A stretch of 64,000 bases of DNA. Source: Nitrososphaeria archaeon (GTDB lineage Archaea > Thermoproteota > Nitrososphaeria > JACIWG01). Under the pieces are notes generated by a model. That model did no database searches. It was not told the DNA's origin and was given only the letters and a program-made list of their open reading frames with translations. Positions 44,915-56,268 of the stretch are shown here, piece after piece (the stretch's first letter is position 1; every line of letters begins with the position of its first letter). The translations under genes were made by a program, and so were the position numbers. The stretch is from contig JBEKIG010000010.1 of assembly GCA_050011875.1 (NCBI GenBank), positions 24,499 to 88,498 of the forward strand, in the 5' to 3' direction.

Positions 44915-47900
44915 ATGATGTCACTAATGCAACAATATTTTTCTTTACTCCGGGAAAGGATTTCTTTGACTCAAAATTACGAATTTTATTATCAAAAAAT
45001 GACAGAAGATATTGAAAAAGCTATTTCAATCGCAGAACTAGCAAGGAAAAAAGGTCAGGATCCTTCTTTAATTATTGAAAATAAATTAGTTTTTGATCTT
45101 GCTTCAAGAGTTGAAGAGTTAATTGGATTGAGAGGGTTATCTGATCGATTAAGGGAATTGCTTAAATTTTATAAAAAAGAAGCAGCAGCTCTAGCTATAG
45201 CTGTTGAAGTTGCTTCTGGTCGATTTGGTTCACTAACTCAGGAACAGGCACTGGATAAAGGTATAAGGACAGGATTAGCGGTAATAACTGACGGTGTCAC
45301 TGTTGCACCGTTGCAAGGGATATCAAGAATCACAATAAAAAAGAATAAAGATGGTTCTAGCTATGCGAGTATATACTTTGCGGGCCCTATTAGATCTGCT
45401 GGTGGCACAGATACAGCCTTTACTTTGGTCATAGCCAATGAAGTTAGAAAGATGTTAGGTATTGAAATTTATCACGTAAATGATTATGATGATGAAATAG
45501 GACGATTTATTGAAGAACTGAGAATCTACGAAAGGGAAGTTGGCAATTTCCAATATAAGGTTTCAGATGAAGATCTTAGAACTGCTCTAATATATATTCC
45601 AGTCGAAGTTAATGGTGTTGAAACAGATCAAGTAGAACTTATGATGCATAGAAATATGCGAAGAATAGAAGCAAATAAAGTTCGTGGAGGTGCTTTAAGG
45701 GTAATAAATGATGGTCTTATCGGTCGTGCAAGAAAGCTCGAAAAACTTGTTAAGGAGCTTTCTATTTCAGATTGGGATTGGCTTTCTCACTTAAAAGGTG
45801 GTCAACAGGAATCAAGTACATTAACACATTTTGGGGATGTAATTGCTGGAAGGCCTATTTTATCATACCCTGGATCAATTGGAGGTTTTAGGCTAAGGTA
45901 TGGTAGATGTTTTAACACAGGTTTATCTACTGTCGGGATAAATCCCGTAACAGCCGTGATTCTTGACTATGCAATGGTCACAGGCACTCAAATTAAATTA
46001 GATAGACCTGGAAAAAGTGCAACAATCGCTTTAGTTGACACAATTGAAGGGCCAATTGTTAAATTACAAGATGAATCTGTAATTAAAGTTGAAGACATTA
46101 AAACAGCTGAAGAGTTAAAGAATAATATCTCTTCAATTCTTTTCCTTGGAGATATTTTAATATCTTTTGGCGACTTTGTCGAGAATAATGCAACGCTTGT
46201 TCAATCAGCCTATGTTGAGGAGTATTGGTCTCAAGATGTGATAGACGCATGCAACAGTTTATATGGAAATATCACGATTGCATCACAGAATTTAAATATG
46301 CCTTTGGAGTCATTATCTAAATGGATAGAGCAACCCAATCAATTTTTTCCTAAATTTGATGATGCCTTTGAACTTTCCGAGAGACTAAAGGTACCTTTGC
46401 ATCCTAGATACCTTTTTTTTTGGGATTTGCTAAGCATTACAAACTTACTTTTTTTAAGGAACACGTTATTGGGATCAACAATTAAGGACAAAGAGCTTAT
46501 TGTCAATAATAATCCAGAAATTAAGAATCTTCTCGAAACGTTATGTGTACCGCATAGAAAAGATAATTCCCTACTAATAATTCCAGAAGAAGTTACAAAG
46601 GTTCTAACTAAGTGTTTAACTCTTGAAAAAGAGGCAATGCTACCCGGTGAGTATAAAACGACGCTTGAACTGGTATCTGCATGTTGTGGGGTTACTATTA
46701 AAAATAAATGCTCTACATATATTGGAGTACGTCTCGGCCGGCCTGAAAAAGCAGAAGAACGTAAAATGAAACCACCTGTACACTTATTGTTTCCTGTAGG
46801 CGCCTTTGGTGGATCTTCAAGAGATCTCATCAAAGCTTCTTCTGCGACAATTAATGTTCCTCTAGTGAACAGGTTTTGTATAAATTGTTCGTCTTTCCAA
46901 CTATTTTCTAAATGCAAGAATTGTGGCTCTCCAACACAGATATCTTATATTTGTCCATCATGTAATTCAACATTAAAAAAAGATGAAATTTGTCCGCGAT
47001 GTAAAACTCTTCCTTCACCATATTCGCAGAGGATAATTAATCTTAAGGATGAACTTGATTCTGCAGTTCAAAAATTTGATTACAAATTGGTTTCGCCATT
47101 GAAAGGTGTTAAAAGTTTGATGAATGAAAACAAACAACCTGAGCCTATAGAAAAAGGTATTTTAAGACAAAAACATGGGCTTCAAATATATCGAGATGGT
47201 ACGATACGTTTTGATGCGACAAATATGCCAATTACTTCTTTTTTACCAAATTTGATTTCAACTAATTTTGATACACTGATTAAGATGGGTTATTCTAAGG
47301 AGGACCTGAATTCTGGGAACCCCGTATCTATTTTCGTTCAAGATGTTGTCTTGCCAAGGAATGCTACAACATATCTTCTTAAAACATCAAAATTCATTGA
47401 TGAATTGCTTGAGAAATTTTATAGTTTACCGACTTTTTATAATGCAAAAAAGGAAGAAGATTTAATTGGTCATCTGATTGTTGGTATCGCTCCACATACA
47501 TCCGTTGCGGTTATAGGACGTATAATTGGCTTTTCTAATTCCCAAGTTTGTTTAGCACACCCCTTCTGGCATTCGGCAAAGAGACGAGATTGTGATGGCG
47601 ATGCTGATTCCGTTGCTCTCCTTTTAGATATCTTAATTAATTTTTCTTTATCGTACGTCCCATCTCAGATAGGTGGTTTAATGGATACCCCCTTACTTCT
47701 ACAGCCTTATATCATACCATCAGAAGTTGAGGATCAATCTCTTTCTATTGACTCTTCACCAAGATATCCAAGAGATTTTTACGAAAAAACATTAAAGGGT
47801 ATATCGGCAAAAGATATTTCCTCAATTACCTTAGTAAAGAATAACCTAAGCCAAAAAGAAGAATATATTAAAATAAATTATAACTACAACACAAGTATTA

Positions 47901-48337
47901 TGTTCTTAAGTAAGGATAGAAATTCCCTTGCAACAGCACCCTCATTTGTTGAAAAAATTGAGAGACAATTTCATTACGAGCTGATAATCAAAGCTGTTAA
48001 TATAAATGATGCTATTGTTTCTATTCTAAGCACGCATTTGTTGCCTGATATAATGGGGAACCTTAAAGCTTTTGGTTCACAGAAAGTTAGATGCAAGAAG
48101 TGTGGAGAAAAATACAGAAGAGTTCCCTTAAAGGGTGTCTGCTTAAAATGTGGAGGAGATCTACAACTATCTGTGACAAAGAGGAGTGTTGGAAAGTTCC
48201 TAGAGTTAGCTGACAGTCTTGCAGCACATGAAGGTGTTCCAACTTACGTTAGAACAAGAGTAGAATTAGCAAAGGAAGACTTTGAAAGTCTATTTGGTAA
48301 GGAAAAGAAACAAGTTCAATTGACGAACTTCACCTGA
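44915..48337 (+). CDS. polC: DNA polymerase D large subunit DP2 (no intein evident)
   Basis: AGPIRSAGGT, FRLRYGR, GRPEKA, DGTIRFD, AKRRDCDGDAD, C-terminal Zn finger. Confidence 0.97.
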   Translation: MMSLMQQYFSLLRERISLTQNYEFYYQKMTEDIEKAISIAELARKKGQDPSLIIENKLVFDLASRVEELIGLRGLSDRLRELLKFYKKEAAALAIAVEVASGRFGSLTQEQALDKGIRTGLAVITDGVTVAPLQGISRITIKKNKDGSSYASIYFAGPIRSAGGTDTAFTLVIANEVRKMLGIEIYHVNDYDDEIGRFIEELRIYEREVGNFQYKVSDEDLRTALIYIPVEVNGVETDQVELMMHRNMRRIEANKVRGGALRVINDGLIGRARKLEKLVKELSISDWDWLSHLKGGQQESSTLTHFGDVIAGRPILSYPGSIGGFRLRYGRCFNTGLSTVGINPVTAVILDYAMVTGTQIKLDRPGKSATIALVDTIEGPIVKLQDESVIKVEDIKTAEELKNNISSILFLGDILISFGDFVENNATLVQSAYVEEYWSQDVIDACNSLYGNITIASQNLNMPLESLSKWIEQPNQFFPKFDDAFELSERLKVPLHPRYLFFWDLLSITNLLFLRNTLLGSTIKDKELIVNNNPEIKNLLETLCVPHRKDNSLLIIPEEVTKVLTKCLTLEKEAMLPGEYKTTLELVSACCGVTIKNKCSTYIGVRLGRPEKAEERKMKPPVHLLFPVGAFGGSSRDLIKASSATINVPLVNRFCINCSSFQLFSKCKNCGSPTQISYICPSCNSTLKKDEICPRCKTLPSPYSQRIINLKDELDSAVQKFDYKLVSPLKGVKSLMNENKQPEPIEKGILRQKHGLQIYRDGTIRFDATNMPITSFLPNLISTNFDTLIKMGYSKEDLNSGNPVSIFVQDVVLPRNATTYLLKTSKFIDELLEKFYSLPTFYNAKKEEDLIGHLIVGIAPHTSVAVIGRIIGFSNSQVCLAHPFWHSAKRRDCDGDADSVALLLDILINFSLSYVPSQIGGLMDTPLLLQPYIIPSEVEDQSLSIDSSPRYPRDFYEKTLKGISAKDISSITLVKNNLSQKEEYIKINYNYNTSIMFLSKDRNSLATAPSFVEKIERQFHYELIIKAVNINDAIVSILSTHLLPDIMGNLKAFGSQKVRCKKCGEKYRRVPLKGVCLKCGGDLQLSVTKRSVGKFLELADSLAAHEGVPTYVRTRVELAKEDFESLFGKEKKQVQLTNFT

Positions 48338-49646
48338 TTTTTATATACTCATGCGCTCTTCTGGTTGCTTCAAAGCAGAAGTGGACCTGTTGAAAGTCTT
48401 TTCTGAAATCTTTTACCTTTTCTCTGACTTCTCCTATATTTTTATTTTTAACTATTATATCTGCAATAAATCCTGCGACAACACTCATATCTGATTCCCT
48501 CATACCTAATCTAGTAAGTTCTGATACTCCAAATCTTAATCCACCCGGATTAGTAAAGTGTCTTCCTTCTTTAATATCCCATGGCAATAGATTCCTATTA
48601 CAGATTATATTTGCTTGCTCTAATCTTCTTTCGAGATCTCCTCCTAAACCAAATTTTGTCACTTCAACCAATACTATATGCGAATCAGTGAATCCCCTTT
48701 TCTCTCCAACCACCTTTAGTCCTTGACTATAAAGTGAAGTTGCTAACGACTTTGCGTTCTTAATGATCTGTTCAGCATACTTTTCTCCAAACTCAAGAAC
48801 TTCTGCAAATGATATTGCTTTGGCAGCAACAGAATGTAAATGGTGATTACTTACATTGCCAGGGAAAACAGCCTTTTTTATCTTCTCTGAAAAGGTATCA
48901 AATGATAAAATCATTCCTCCCTGAGGTCCAAACAGTGTTTTATGGGTGCTACATGTAATTGCATCAGCACCTTCTCTTAAAGGATCTTGAAATTTTTTAC
49001 CGGCCATTAATCCAATAACATGAGCTGCATCATAACAAATAAAAGCTCCTTTTTCTTTAAAAGTAGATGCTAACTCTTTAAGTGGTTGTGGAAAAAGTAG
49101 TACTGAACCACCAAACATGGCTAACTTTATTTTTATTCCAGTCCTTTCAAATTCATTGATTTTATTTATCGTTTTATCCACATCAATATTCATTTCTTCA
49201 TAATCAAAAGGGAAATATTCTGTCCTAAGTCCATGTACAGCTCCCGCCGTGCCTCCTAGCTCAATTTTTCCTGTACTTATGTGACCACCAGATGGAATGG
49301 ATAAGGACATCATATAATCTCCAGGAGAAGTAAAAGCTGTGTAAATTGCGAGATTAGCGCACACACCAGAAATTGGTCTTACATCGACAAATTGACATTG
49401 AAATATTTTCTTGGCTTCTTCTATTGCAAGAAGCTCGATTTGATCGATATAAATGCAGCCAGCATATACTCTTTCACCTGGCCATCCTTCTGCATATCTA
49501 TTTCCTAGATCACTTAATAACGCTTCTCTGACTGCTGGACTCGGAACGTTTTCGCTTGCAATTAAAGGTAAACTTTCTGAGAACCAGTCATGATGAGCTT
49601 TCAATAATTTAAAAACATTATCATAAGCTTCTCTGTTATTGTTCAT
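48330..49646 (-). CDS. glyA: Serine hydroxymethyltransferase
   Basis: LIASEN, RYAEG, YDAAH, STHKTLFGPQGG. Confidence 0.97.
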   Translation of the reverse strand: MNNNREAYDNVFKLLKAHHDWFSESLPLIASENVPSPAVREALLSDLGNRYAEGWPGERVYAGCIYIDQIELLAIEEAKKIFQCQFVDVRPISGVCANLAIYTAFTSPGDYMMSLSIPSGGHISTGKIELGGTAGAVHGLRTEYFPFDYEEMNIDVDKTINKINEFERTGIKIKLAMFGGSVLLFPQPLKELASTFKEKGAFICYDAAHVIGLMAGKKFQDPLREGADAITCSTHKTLFGPQGGMILSFDTFSEKIKKAVFPGNVSNHHLHSVAAKAISFAEVLEFGEKYAEQIIKNAKSLATSLYSQGLKVVGEKRGFTDSHIVLVEVTKFGLGGDLERRLEQANIICNRNLLPWDIKEGRHFTNPGGLRFGVSELTRLGMRESDMSVVAGFIADIIVKNKNIGEVREKVKDFRKDFQQVHFCFEATRRAHEYIKIR

Positions 49647-49729
49647 GCAAGTAAATGCAATTTATCTTTATTTTAAATGTTTTCTAAGCTAAAAATGTTT
49701 AAATTAGGAACTCTAAACTCTAGATAGGT

Positions 49730-49912
49730 ATGAGTTCTAAGAAGAAGAAGAAGGAAAAAGCTGGAGGGCAAATGCCTGCATCGAGCGCTGGGTTACTACG
49801 ATTTTTTGAAGATGAAACTCCTGGGATTAAGATTAGGCCTGAATTCGTTATGGCATTTGCTGTATCTTTGGTTTTAGCTTCTATTTTGTTACTTGTATTT
49901 GTACCACCATAA
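49730..49912 (+). CDS. secG: Preprotein translocase subunit Sec61-beta
   Basis: SAGLLRFFEDETPGIKIRP plus C-terminal TM. Confidence 0.95.
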   Translation: MSSKKKKKEKAGGQMPASSAGLLRFFEDETPGIKIRPEFVMAFAVSLVLASILLLVFVPP

Positions 49913-49927
49913 TCAGTGGTGCGCTGA

Positions 49928-51694
49928 ATGAATGACGACAGAACAGCGCATATTGCTAATTTGTACAAGAAACTTTTTCGTCTTCCTTCAACTAAAATTG
50001 CGCTTTTATCCTCATTATTGGTTACTCTTCTTATATCATTACCGTTTATTTTAATTCTCAAAAATATAATAGATTATTCTATTTTGACTTCTTTCATATT
50101 ATTTTCAATAATAACTATAGCTTTTATTGATACACGATTGACGTCTTTCTCCCCAATATCATCCTTCAGAAGGATTATATTTGCAATATTCTTTGAGCTT
50201 TTTCCTCTAATTTTGCTGTCTGTGTGTAGTTTTTTTTTAATCATCTCAGAGGTACTTACCAGTTCTCTTTTTTTAGGAATTTTTTTATTATTAATAGGCT
50301 ATGTTGTATCTATAAGATTTTTTTTGATGTATGTGTTATTCTATAAAGATTTTTTTAAAACTATATTTCCAACTATTCTTCTTCCAGTCGCAATATACTC
50401 TTCAGTTTTTGTTTTTCAGCCTATCGAATTTCCGATTATCGCTCTTTCGTTACTCTTCAGCTCAATTTTCTTAGGTGCAACGGTTCTGTTTCTAAGATAT
50501 ATAGATCGGGTTGGGCTTAAAATGATCAAATTTAATTCATTCAAAATACTTACTTCTTATTTACAGTCTTGGATAAATTCCATTCCAAATGAACTTGAAG
50601 AAATACTTGAAAAATATAGTGAACCTTCAATGATAAAAACATACCAGATAAATTTAAACCAAAATGGTCGCAAACTCACTCTAGTAATTCCAGGAATTCA
50701 TCCAGGTCCTTTCTCCCCAATTGGAAGCTATAATTTGCCTTCGGATATCATCTCTTTTTTTAAAGAAAAATCAATTCCTTCTATGGTTTTCCACACTCCT
50801 TCTTCCCATGCCATAAATCTACCTTCAAGAAAAGAAGTCGAGAACTACCTCAATTCTTTTGACGTAAAAAAAGATTACAAATTCACGGAAGATAACATCT
50901 GTTCTAAGCCTTTGAGGGTAAGCAAGAACAAAGGAACAGTAACAGGTCTGATGTTCAATAATACGGCTTTAGTGTTTTTGTCTTTAGCTCCGTATGGTGC
51001 GGAGGACTTTCCCTCTGAAATTATAAACTATACTAAACAATTTATTGACAAGAACATCTTAGATGAAATAATTCTCATAGATGCGCATAATGCTTTAGGA
51101 GCTGCAATTGTTGATGATGACTTAAATGATATTAAGAATTGTTTAAGAGATTTGATCCAGAAATTAAAAGTAGAGTCCAAAAGTAGGTTTAGTTTTAACT
51201 TTGTTAGTTTGGATCACTTAGAATTTAAAGAAATTGGGTCAGGAGGGGCGGGCTGTTTATGTCTTACCATAGATAATGATAATTATTTGCTGTATTCAAT
51301 AGATTCCAACAATTGCATACCATCACTCAAAACTAACCTAGAACAAGCTCTCTACAGAAGGGGTCTATTTCTATTAGAAATTTGTACAACTGACTCACAT
51401 TTTCTGTCAGGTAAAACTAAAACAAAGAAAGGCTACTATGCGTTAGGAGAACTATCGTCAGAAAAGGAAATAATTAAGAAATTGGTAGATCCAACTATTT
51501 ACATAAGAGATAATCAAAAAAATGCCAATTTTGAGATAGAGTGCCATACTTCGAATGTTAGAACTATAGGGCAGGCACAAATCAATTTATACTCAAAATT
51601 CACGAATAAAATATTATCTCTCTCATTAAGGGGAGCAATCTTACTTGTACTTTTATCTATTCTATTGCTCGCCATCTTTATCGAGATTTTGTAA
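49928..51694 (+). CDS. DUF2070 family membrane protein
   Basis: Multi-TM N-terminus, IHPGPF..IGS, DAHN, DSNN, TTDSH. Confidence 0.88.
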   Translation: MNDDRTAHIANLYKKLFRLPSTKIALLSSLLVTLLISLPFILILKNIIDYSILTSFILFSIITIAFIDTRLTSFSPISSFRRIIFAIFFELFPLILLSVCSFFLIISEVLTSSLFLGIFLLLIGYVVSIRFFLMYVLFYKDFFKTIFPTILLPVAIYSSVFVFQPIEFPIIALSLLFSSIFLGATVLFLRYIDRVGLKMIKFNSFKILTSYLQSWINSIPNELEEILEKYSEPSMIKTYQINLNQNGRKLTLVIPGIHPGPFSPIGSYNLPSDIISFFKEKSIPSMVFHTPSSHAINLPSRKEVENYLNSFDVKKDYKFTEDNICSKPLRVSKNKGTVTGLMFNNTALVFLSLAPYGAEDFPSEIINYTKQFIDKNILDEIILIDAHNALGAAIVDDDLNDIKNCLRDLIQKLKVESKSRFSFNFVSLDHLEFKEIGSGGAGCLCLTIDNDNYLLYSIDSNNCIPSLKTNLEQALYRRGLFLLEICTTDSHFLSGKTKTKKGYYALGELSSEKEIIKKLVDPTIYIRDNQKNANFEIECHTSNVRTIGQAQINLYSKFTNKILSLSLRGAILLVLLSILLLAIFIEIL

Positions 51695-51778
51695 CTTGGT
51701 CCATTATTATTACTATGAAGGCAATACTCTTTCAAATATTTTAAAATAGTATTTTTAATTAATAGATGTGTTAGAAGA

Positions 51779-53239
51779 ATGCGAGATTTAGAGTCTATAA
51801 TAGAAGAAATTTTACGTAAAAGGCCAGAGATCTCCAGAGAAAATATTCTTCTACTAATTCATGAAAAAAAGGATAATATTGGAAGCGGATATTTGACCGA
51901 TACTGGGGCGGCATATCTAGTAGCTGCTGATCTAGGGTTAACTTTGGATTTTGAACTTCCATACGGATTAGAAATTAAAGATCTATATGTTGGAGCTAAT
52001 TCAGTAAATTTAAGTTGTAGGGTTTGTTCTGTCTCAGAACTAAAGAGCTATAAAAAACATGACGGTACAGAAGGCAGTCTCATATCTTTAACAGTTTTTG
52101 ACAAGACGGGTTTTATAAGGTGCAATCTTTGGGATTCTAAGGCTGAGGAAACACAAAATATGAACCTTAAACCTGAAGATGGAATTTTGATTGGAAAAGC
52201 CTATGTTCGATCTGACTTTAACAATTCTCCATCTTTGCATGTTGGACAAAGAAGTACAATAGTAAAGATTGAAAATGAGGATCTGTTATCAAAACTTCCG
52301 ACACTGAAGGATATCGCTATTCCTCTCGATGATTTTGTTACTCAGCAAGGTCTTTTTTGTTTAAAGGCAATAGTGAATTCCCTGCCTACAACTTCTTCTT
52401 TCTCTAGAAAAGATGGTTCACAGGGTAACGTTGAATCTTTTTTTATAGGCGGTTTAAGGAAGGATATTAAACATCGTATTGTATTATGGTTGTCCTTGAA
52501 CACTTCTAAAAATATCCCTCTTGTTGGATCGCTAGTAGTAATTTGCCCTTTAAAGATGAAACCCCAAATGACAGGAGATATCGAATTTCATGGTGATGAA
52601 AAAACAATAATTATTCAGCTTGCAGAAGAATTTTTGTCGTACACCCCAAAAAAGATGATTAAATCATCACTCCGGTTATTATCGATTGGTGTACCCCAAA
52701 AAACTAAGAAAGGCTCCGATTCGGTAAACGCTCTAGTGCTAACCGAAGATGGAAGGATGTTTTCTTTGATTGGGTTAAATGAATTAGTGCCTTTTCTACT
52801 TTCAATGAAGATAGGTGACGTTATTGAGGGCTCGTTTACCTTTATAGATAAGGATAAACTGCTTTGTACAGATGTTAATAAAATAAGCAAGAAAAACAAA
52901 GCCAGTCCCTTTGATATTTCGAATCAATATCAAAAAATATCAGATATAAAATCAACCATTAATGAGAATAAAAAGTTTTTCTTGAAAGCTGTTGCAATAT
53001 CTCAGGCAACTCAAAGAGAGGTTACCTCAAGGAATGGAGAAAAAATAATTCTCTCAGAACTCCTAATAGGGGACGAAACAGATGAAATCAATTTAATAGC
53101 TTGGAGAGGTCTATCAAAACTAATAGATAAGATATCCCCTGGAGAGCGACTGATTATTAATGGCGTAATGCTTAAGACAAAACCAACTTTTACACTGGAA
53201 TTCAAATCCTTTTCCTCAATCATAAAGATTTCTGAATAG
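51779..53239 (+). CDS. rpa: Replication protein A / multi-OB-fold ssDNA-binding protein
   Basis: GYLTDTGAAYLVA, DKTGFIRCNLW, IGDETDEINLIAW OB folds. Confidence 0.85.
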   Translation: MRDLESIIEEILRKRPEISRENILLLIHEKKDNIGSGYLTDTGAAYLVAADLGLTLDFELPYGLEIKDLYVGANSVNLSCRVCSVSELKSYKKHDGTEGSLISLTVFDKTGFIRCNLWDSKAEETQNMNLKPEDGILIGKAYVRSDFNNSPSLHVGQRSTIVKIENEDLLSKLPTLKDIAIPLDDFVTQQGLFCLKAIVNSLPTTSSFSRKDGSQGNVESFFIGGLRKDIKHRIVLWLSLNTSKNIPLVGSLVVICPLKMKPQMTGDIEFHGDEKTIIIQLAEEFLSYTPKKMIKSSLRLLSIGVPQKTKKGSDSVNALVLTEDGRMFSLIGLNELVPFLLSMKIGDVIEGSFTFIDKDKLLCTDVNKISKKNKASPFDISNQYQKISDIKSTINENKKFFLKAVAISQATQREVTSRNGEKIILSELLIGDETDEINLIAWRGLSKLIDKISPGERLIINGVMLKTKPTFTLEFKSFSSIIKISE

Positions 53240-53241
53240 AA

Positions 53242-55974
53242 TTAATTGTCCCAAAAAGGTCTAGTTCTTATGAAAACCTTTTCAGCTCGGTATATTTCCC
53301 TTAGTAATTCTTCTTCGCTTGCCTTTTTGTCAAGTATTCTAACCGCATTTGATGGACCAACTCCGTATCCTGAAAGAACGTAGACAGCTTTCTTACCATA
53401 ATTTTGAATTAGCGAAGAAGTCTTCCATAACTTTTTGTACTCATCAAATTCCTCCTTTGAAAGCTTTTTGTTCTTAAGTTTTTTCTTTATTATATCTCTC
53501 GCGGTTTCATTCCAACTTGAGACCATCGTTATCAATCTAGATCGACATATCTGACAGTAAATTGGCTCAGTTACTTCCTTTGTTAAAATTGTCTTCTCCC
53601 ATTTTCCACATGATAGACATAAAAATTTATGTTTTCTATTTTCTAGTCTTTCCTTTATTGTATTCAATATAGTTATACTAACATCGTACGCTGTCGTTGC
53701 ACTTTTAGATTTGTACCTGAATCCAATCTTGGCTAATGGGGAGAAATCTTTACCATTTTTTATTAAAACATCAATTTTTCCTTCTCTAATATCGTTTAGA
53801 ATTTTATTTGCGTTATCAATATCAAACTTATCTGTAAAAATTTCATTTAAAGCCTCTAAATATAGTGGTGTACTAAAATATCTCTTTAAAATAAGAGAAC
53901 TAAAGCGGCCATCATATGCCACACCTTTTGGAATGATACCAAATCGTTTACCTATATGCCATCCTCTGGTTTTCATTAAGCTAGAATCTCTAATAGCGAC
54001 TTCTAAAATTTCTCTGAGATTAAATTGTCCAGTTAATGTTTCCTTGACAATTTCTGGGGTTAGGACCTCACCTCCAGTTATTATAATCCTATAAGGGTCA
54101 TATGTATATTCAACAATATAACCAAGCTTCGAAGTCAGAACCGTTGAAAGCAGCGTTCCAAGAGTATTGTTTATCTTCGTCCCACAGCATAAGTGAATGA
54201 CGTAGGTACTGTCACCAATTTTTTTTTCAATAACTAGATGTTTATCATCTGGAATCATTCCTATCTGATCATTTGTTTCCTCAAAAATCTTTTTAGCCTC
54301 TTGGCAAATATTTTCACGCTTGAAATCTCTTCTGATCTTACCTACAAGTACAGCTGTTTTCTGATCGACTGGAATAAGTTCACCCATCCAATAAGGAATT
54401 TCACTTTCTGGAATATTTTTTGGTTCCACTTTAACTGTCTGTTTAACGTCATCTATTGATAGAACATTCCAAGCAGTACCCCTCAAAACAAAAGGTCTTT
54501 CCTGCTCTAATGCTTCTCTGACAAAAAGTTGATCCACATTCCCTACTCTCATATTGTTTACAGCATTAATAACAGAATACTGTAAATTTTCAGGGATCAT
54601 TGAGACATTGCCGAAGTAATAAGTAAAGCATTTACTTCCTCTATAAACAGTATCACCATCAAAGCGAACTGCTTTTATTTCCGATAAAATGTTTATAATT
54701 TCAATAATGTTTTCAGAATTAAGCTCTGTATAAAATATAGTTTCCTTGGCCATTCTAATTATCTCTTCAGACTTTATTGTCTTGTATACTAAGGCTAGAC
54801 CTACTATTTGATGTGCTAAAACGTCCAGAGCACAATAATGTAATACAGGTTCTTCAAGTTCTCCCTTTTCTATTAACTTGCATATGGCAGCAGTCTCGAT
54901 ATAATCGTCGATGGAATTATTTAAAATAAGTCCTTTAGCAATTCCTCCAACTTTATGCTCACTTCTTCCTACGCGTTGTAAAAGCTTGACTGCCTGTCTT
55001 GGTGAGTCGATTTGTATAACAAGAGAAACAGCACCGATATCGATCCCCATTTCAAGAGACGATGTTGTGACTACAACCTTTGCTATTCCCTCTCTTAGCT
55101 CCTTCTCCGCTTGTTCTCTACTTTCTTTAGATAAAGAGCCATGATGAACTTCGATCAATATCTCAGGATTTTTTGCCTTAATTAATGCTGCTAAATATTC
55201 TGCCGTTTGCCTAGTATTTGTGAAGATTATAGTTGATCTATTACCCTTGATTTGCTCTGATACATTTTCTATTGCAACTTTTGCAATATTGGTTAGTTCA
55301 CCATCAACGAACTTATTTTCAAATAAATATTCCCGGGATATTTTATCGATTACAACAGCTCCTTTTCTTTTAACACCAAAGAGAAACTTCTTTGCTTTGT
55401 CTGGGGAGCCAATAGTAGCAGATAGACCGATCCTGACGAATCTCGGGCTAATTTTTTCTAACCTTTCCAATGAAAAAGCAAGATGTACACCCCTTTTGCT
55501 GTTTATAAGTTCATGAACTTCATCAACGATGACCCATTCAACATTCTCTAATATTTTAATAAATTTAGGTAATGCTAGGAGAATGCCCAATGTTTCTGGA
55601 GTAGATATTAGGAGGTCAGGTGGCTCTTCTTGTATCATTCTTCGTCTAGATGCTGATGTGTCTCCATGTCTAACGTCAACGTTTAGGCCAAAATAATCTG
55701 CGTAGCTCTTAATTCTACGAAATAGGTCTCTGTTAAGAGCTCTCAAAGGTGTTATGTACAAAATTTTGGGGTTTTTATGCTCTTTATCTTTTGAGACAAG
55801 GTAAAATATCGGTAAAATAGCTGCCTCAGTTTTTCCCGTACCTGTTGGGGAAATAATTAACGTATTAACCTTGTTCAGTATGATTGGAAAAGTCTTTTTC
55901 TGAATTTTAGTTAGATCTTTAAAGCCAAGTCTATTTACCTGTACGATCAGCTCATCCAGTCTGGTTTCTTTCAT
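53242..55974 (-). CDS. lhr: Lhr-like SF2 DEAD/DEAH helicase
   Basis: PTGTGKTE, DEVH, LSAT, HHGSLS, QRVGRS, PYWMGE, C-terminal Zn ribbon. Confidence 0.9.
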   Translation of the reverse strand: MKETRLDELIVQVNRLGFKDLTKIQKKTFPIILNKVNTLIISPTGTGKTEAAILPIFYLVSKDKEHKNPKILYITPLRALNRDLFRRIKSYADYFGLNVDVRHGDTSASRRRMIQEEPPDLLISTPETLGILLALPKFIKILENVEWVIVDEVHELINSKRGVHLAFSLERLEKISPRFVRIGLSATIGSPDKAKKFLFGVKRKGAVVIDKISREYLFENKFVDGELTNIAKVAIENVSEQIKGNRSTIIFTNTRQTAEYLAALIKAKNPEILIEVHHGSLSKESREQAEKELREGIAKVVVTTSSLEMGIDIGAVSLVIQIDSPRQAVKLLQRVGRSEHKVGGIAKGLILNNSIDDYIETAAICKLIEKGELEEPVLHYCALDVLAHQIVGLALVYKTIKSEEIIRMAKETIFYTELNSENIIEIINILSEIKAVRFDGDTVYRGSKCFTYYFGNVSMIPENLQYSVINAVNNMRVGNVDQLFVREALEQERPFVLRGTAWNVLSIDDVKQTVKVEPKNIPESEIPYWMGELIPVDQKTAVLVGKIRRDFKRENICQEAKKIFEETNDQIGMIPDDKHLVIEKKIGDSTYVIHLCCGTKINNTLGTLLSTVLTSKLGYIVEYTYDPYRIIITGGEVLTPEIVKETLTGQFNLREILEVAIRDSSLMKTRGWHIGKRFGIIPKGVAYDGRFSSLILKRYFSTPLYLEALNEIFTDKFDIDNANKILNDIREGKIDVLIKNGKDFSPLAKIGFRYKSKSATTAYDVSITILNTIKERLENRKHKFLCLSCGKWEKTILTKEVTEPIYCQICRSRLITMVSSWNETARDIIKKKLKNKKLSKEEFDEYKKLWKTSSLIQNYGKKAVYVLSGYGVGPSNAVRILDKKASEEELLREIYRAEKVFIRTRPFWDN

Positions 55975-55980
55975 ATAGAT

Positions 55981-56094
55981 CTAATGTTTTCGTTTGAAAT
56001 TAGAATATTCGTAGAATAATACCATCACTAATCCTAAAGCAAATAGGCCGTACATTATAAGCATCCAATAGTTAAAGAAAGTACTAATGTCCAT
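55981..56094 (-). CDS. Putative 37-aa single-pass membrane peptide
   Basis: MDISTFFNYWMLIMYGLFALGLVMVLFYEYSNFKRKH; stops 6 nt before the lhr start on the same strand. Confidence 0.5.
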   Translation of the reverse strand: MDISTFFNYWMLIMYGLFALGLVMVLFYEYSNFKRKH

Positions 56095-56163
56095 AGCAGA
56101 GCTCTTCCCTCATTTCTATTATATATTTTTATCTAATTTAGCATACAATTTAAAAAGATTTAA

Positions 56164-56235
56164 AGCTCCGAGCGGGTTTTGAACCCGCGGCCTATAGCTT
56201 ACAAGGCTATCGCTCTACCACTGAGCTACCGGAGC
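56164..56235 (-). tRNA. tRNA-Thr(TGT)
   Basis: GCTCCGG/TCGGAGC acceptor, ATAGC-CT TGT AA-GCTAT. Confidence 0.95.
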
Positions 56236-56268
56236 TCGTCAAAACTTAATAACGTAGGTTTAAAACTT

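Noticed and set aside
44915-48337. Intein in DP2
   Set aside because: Length and the continuous catalytic region (RRDCDGDAD) show no insertion.
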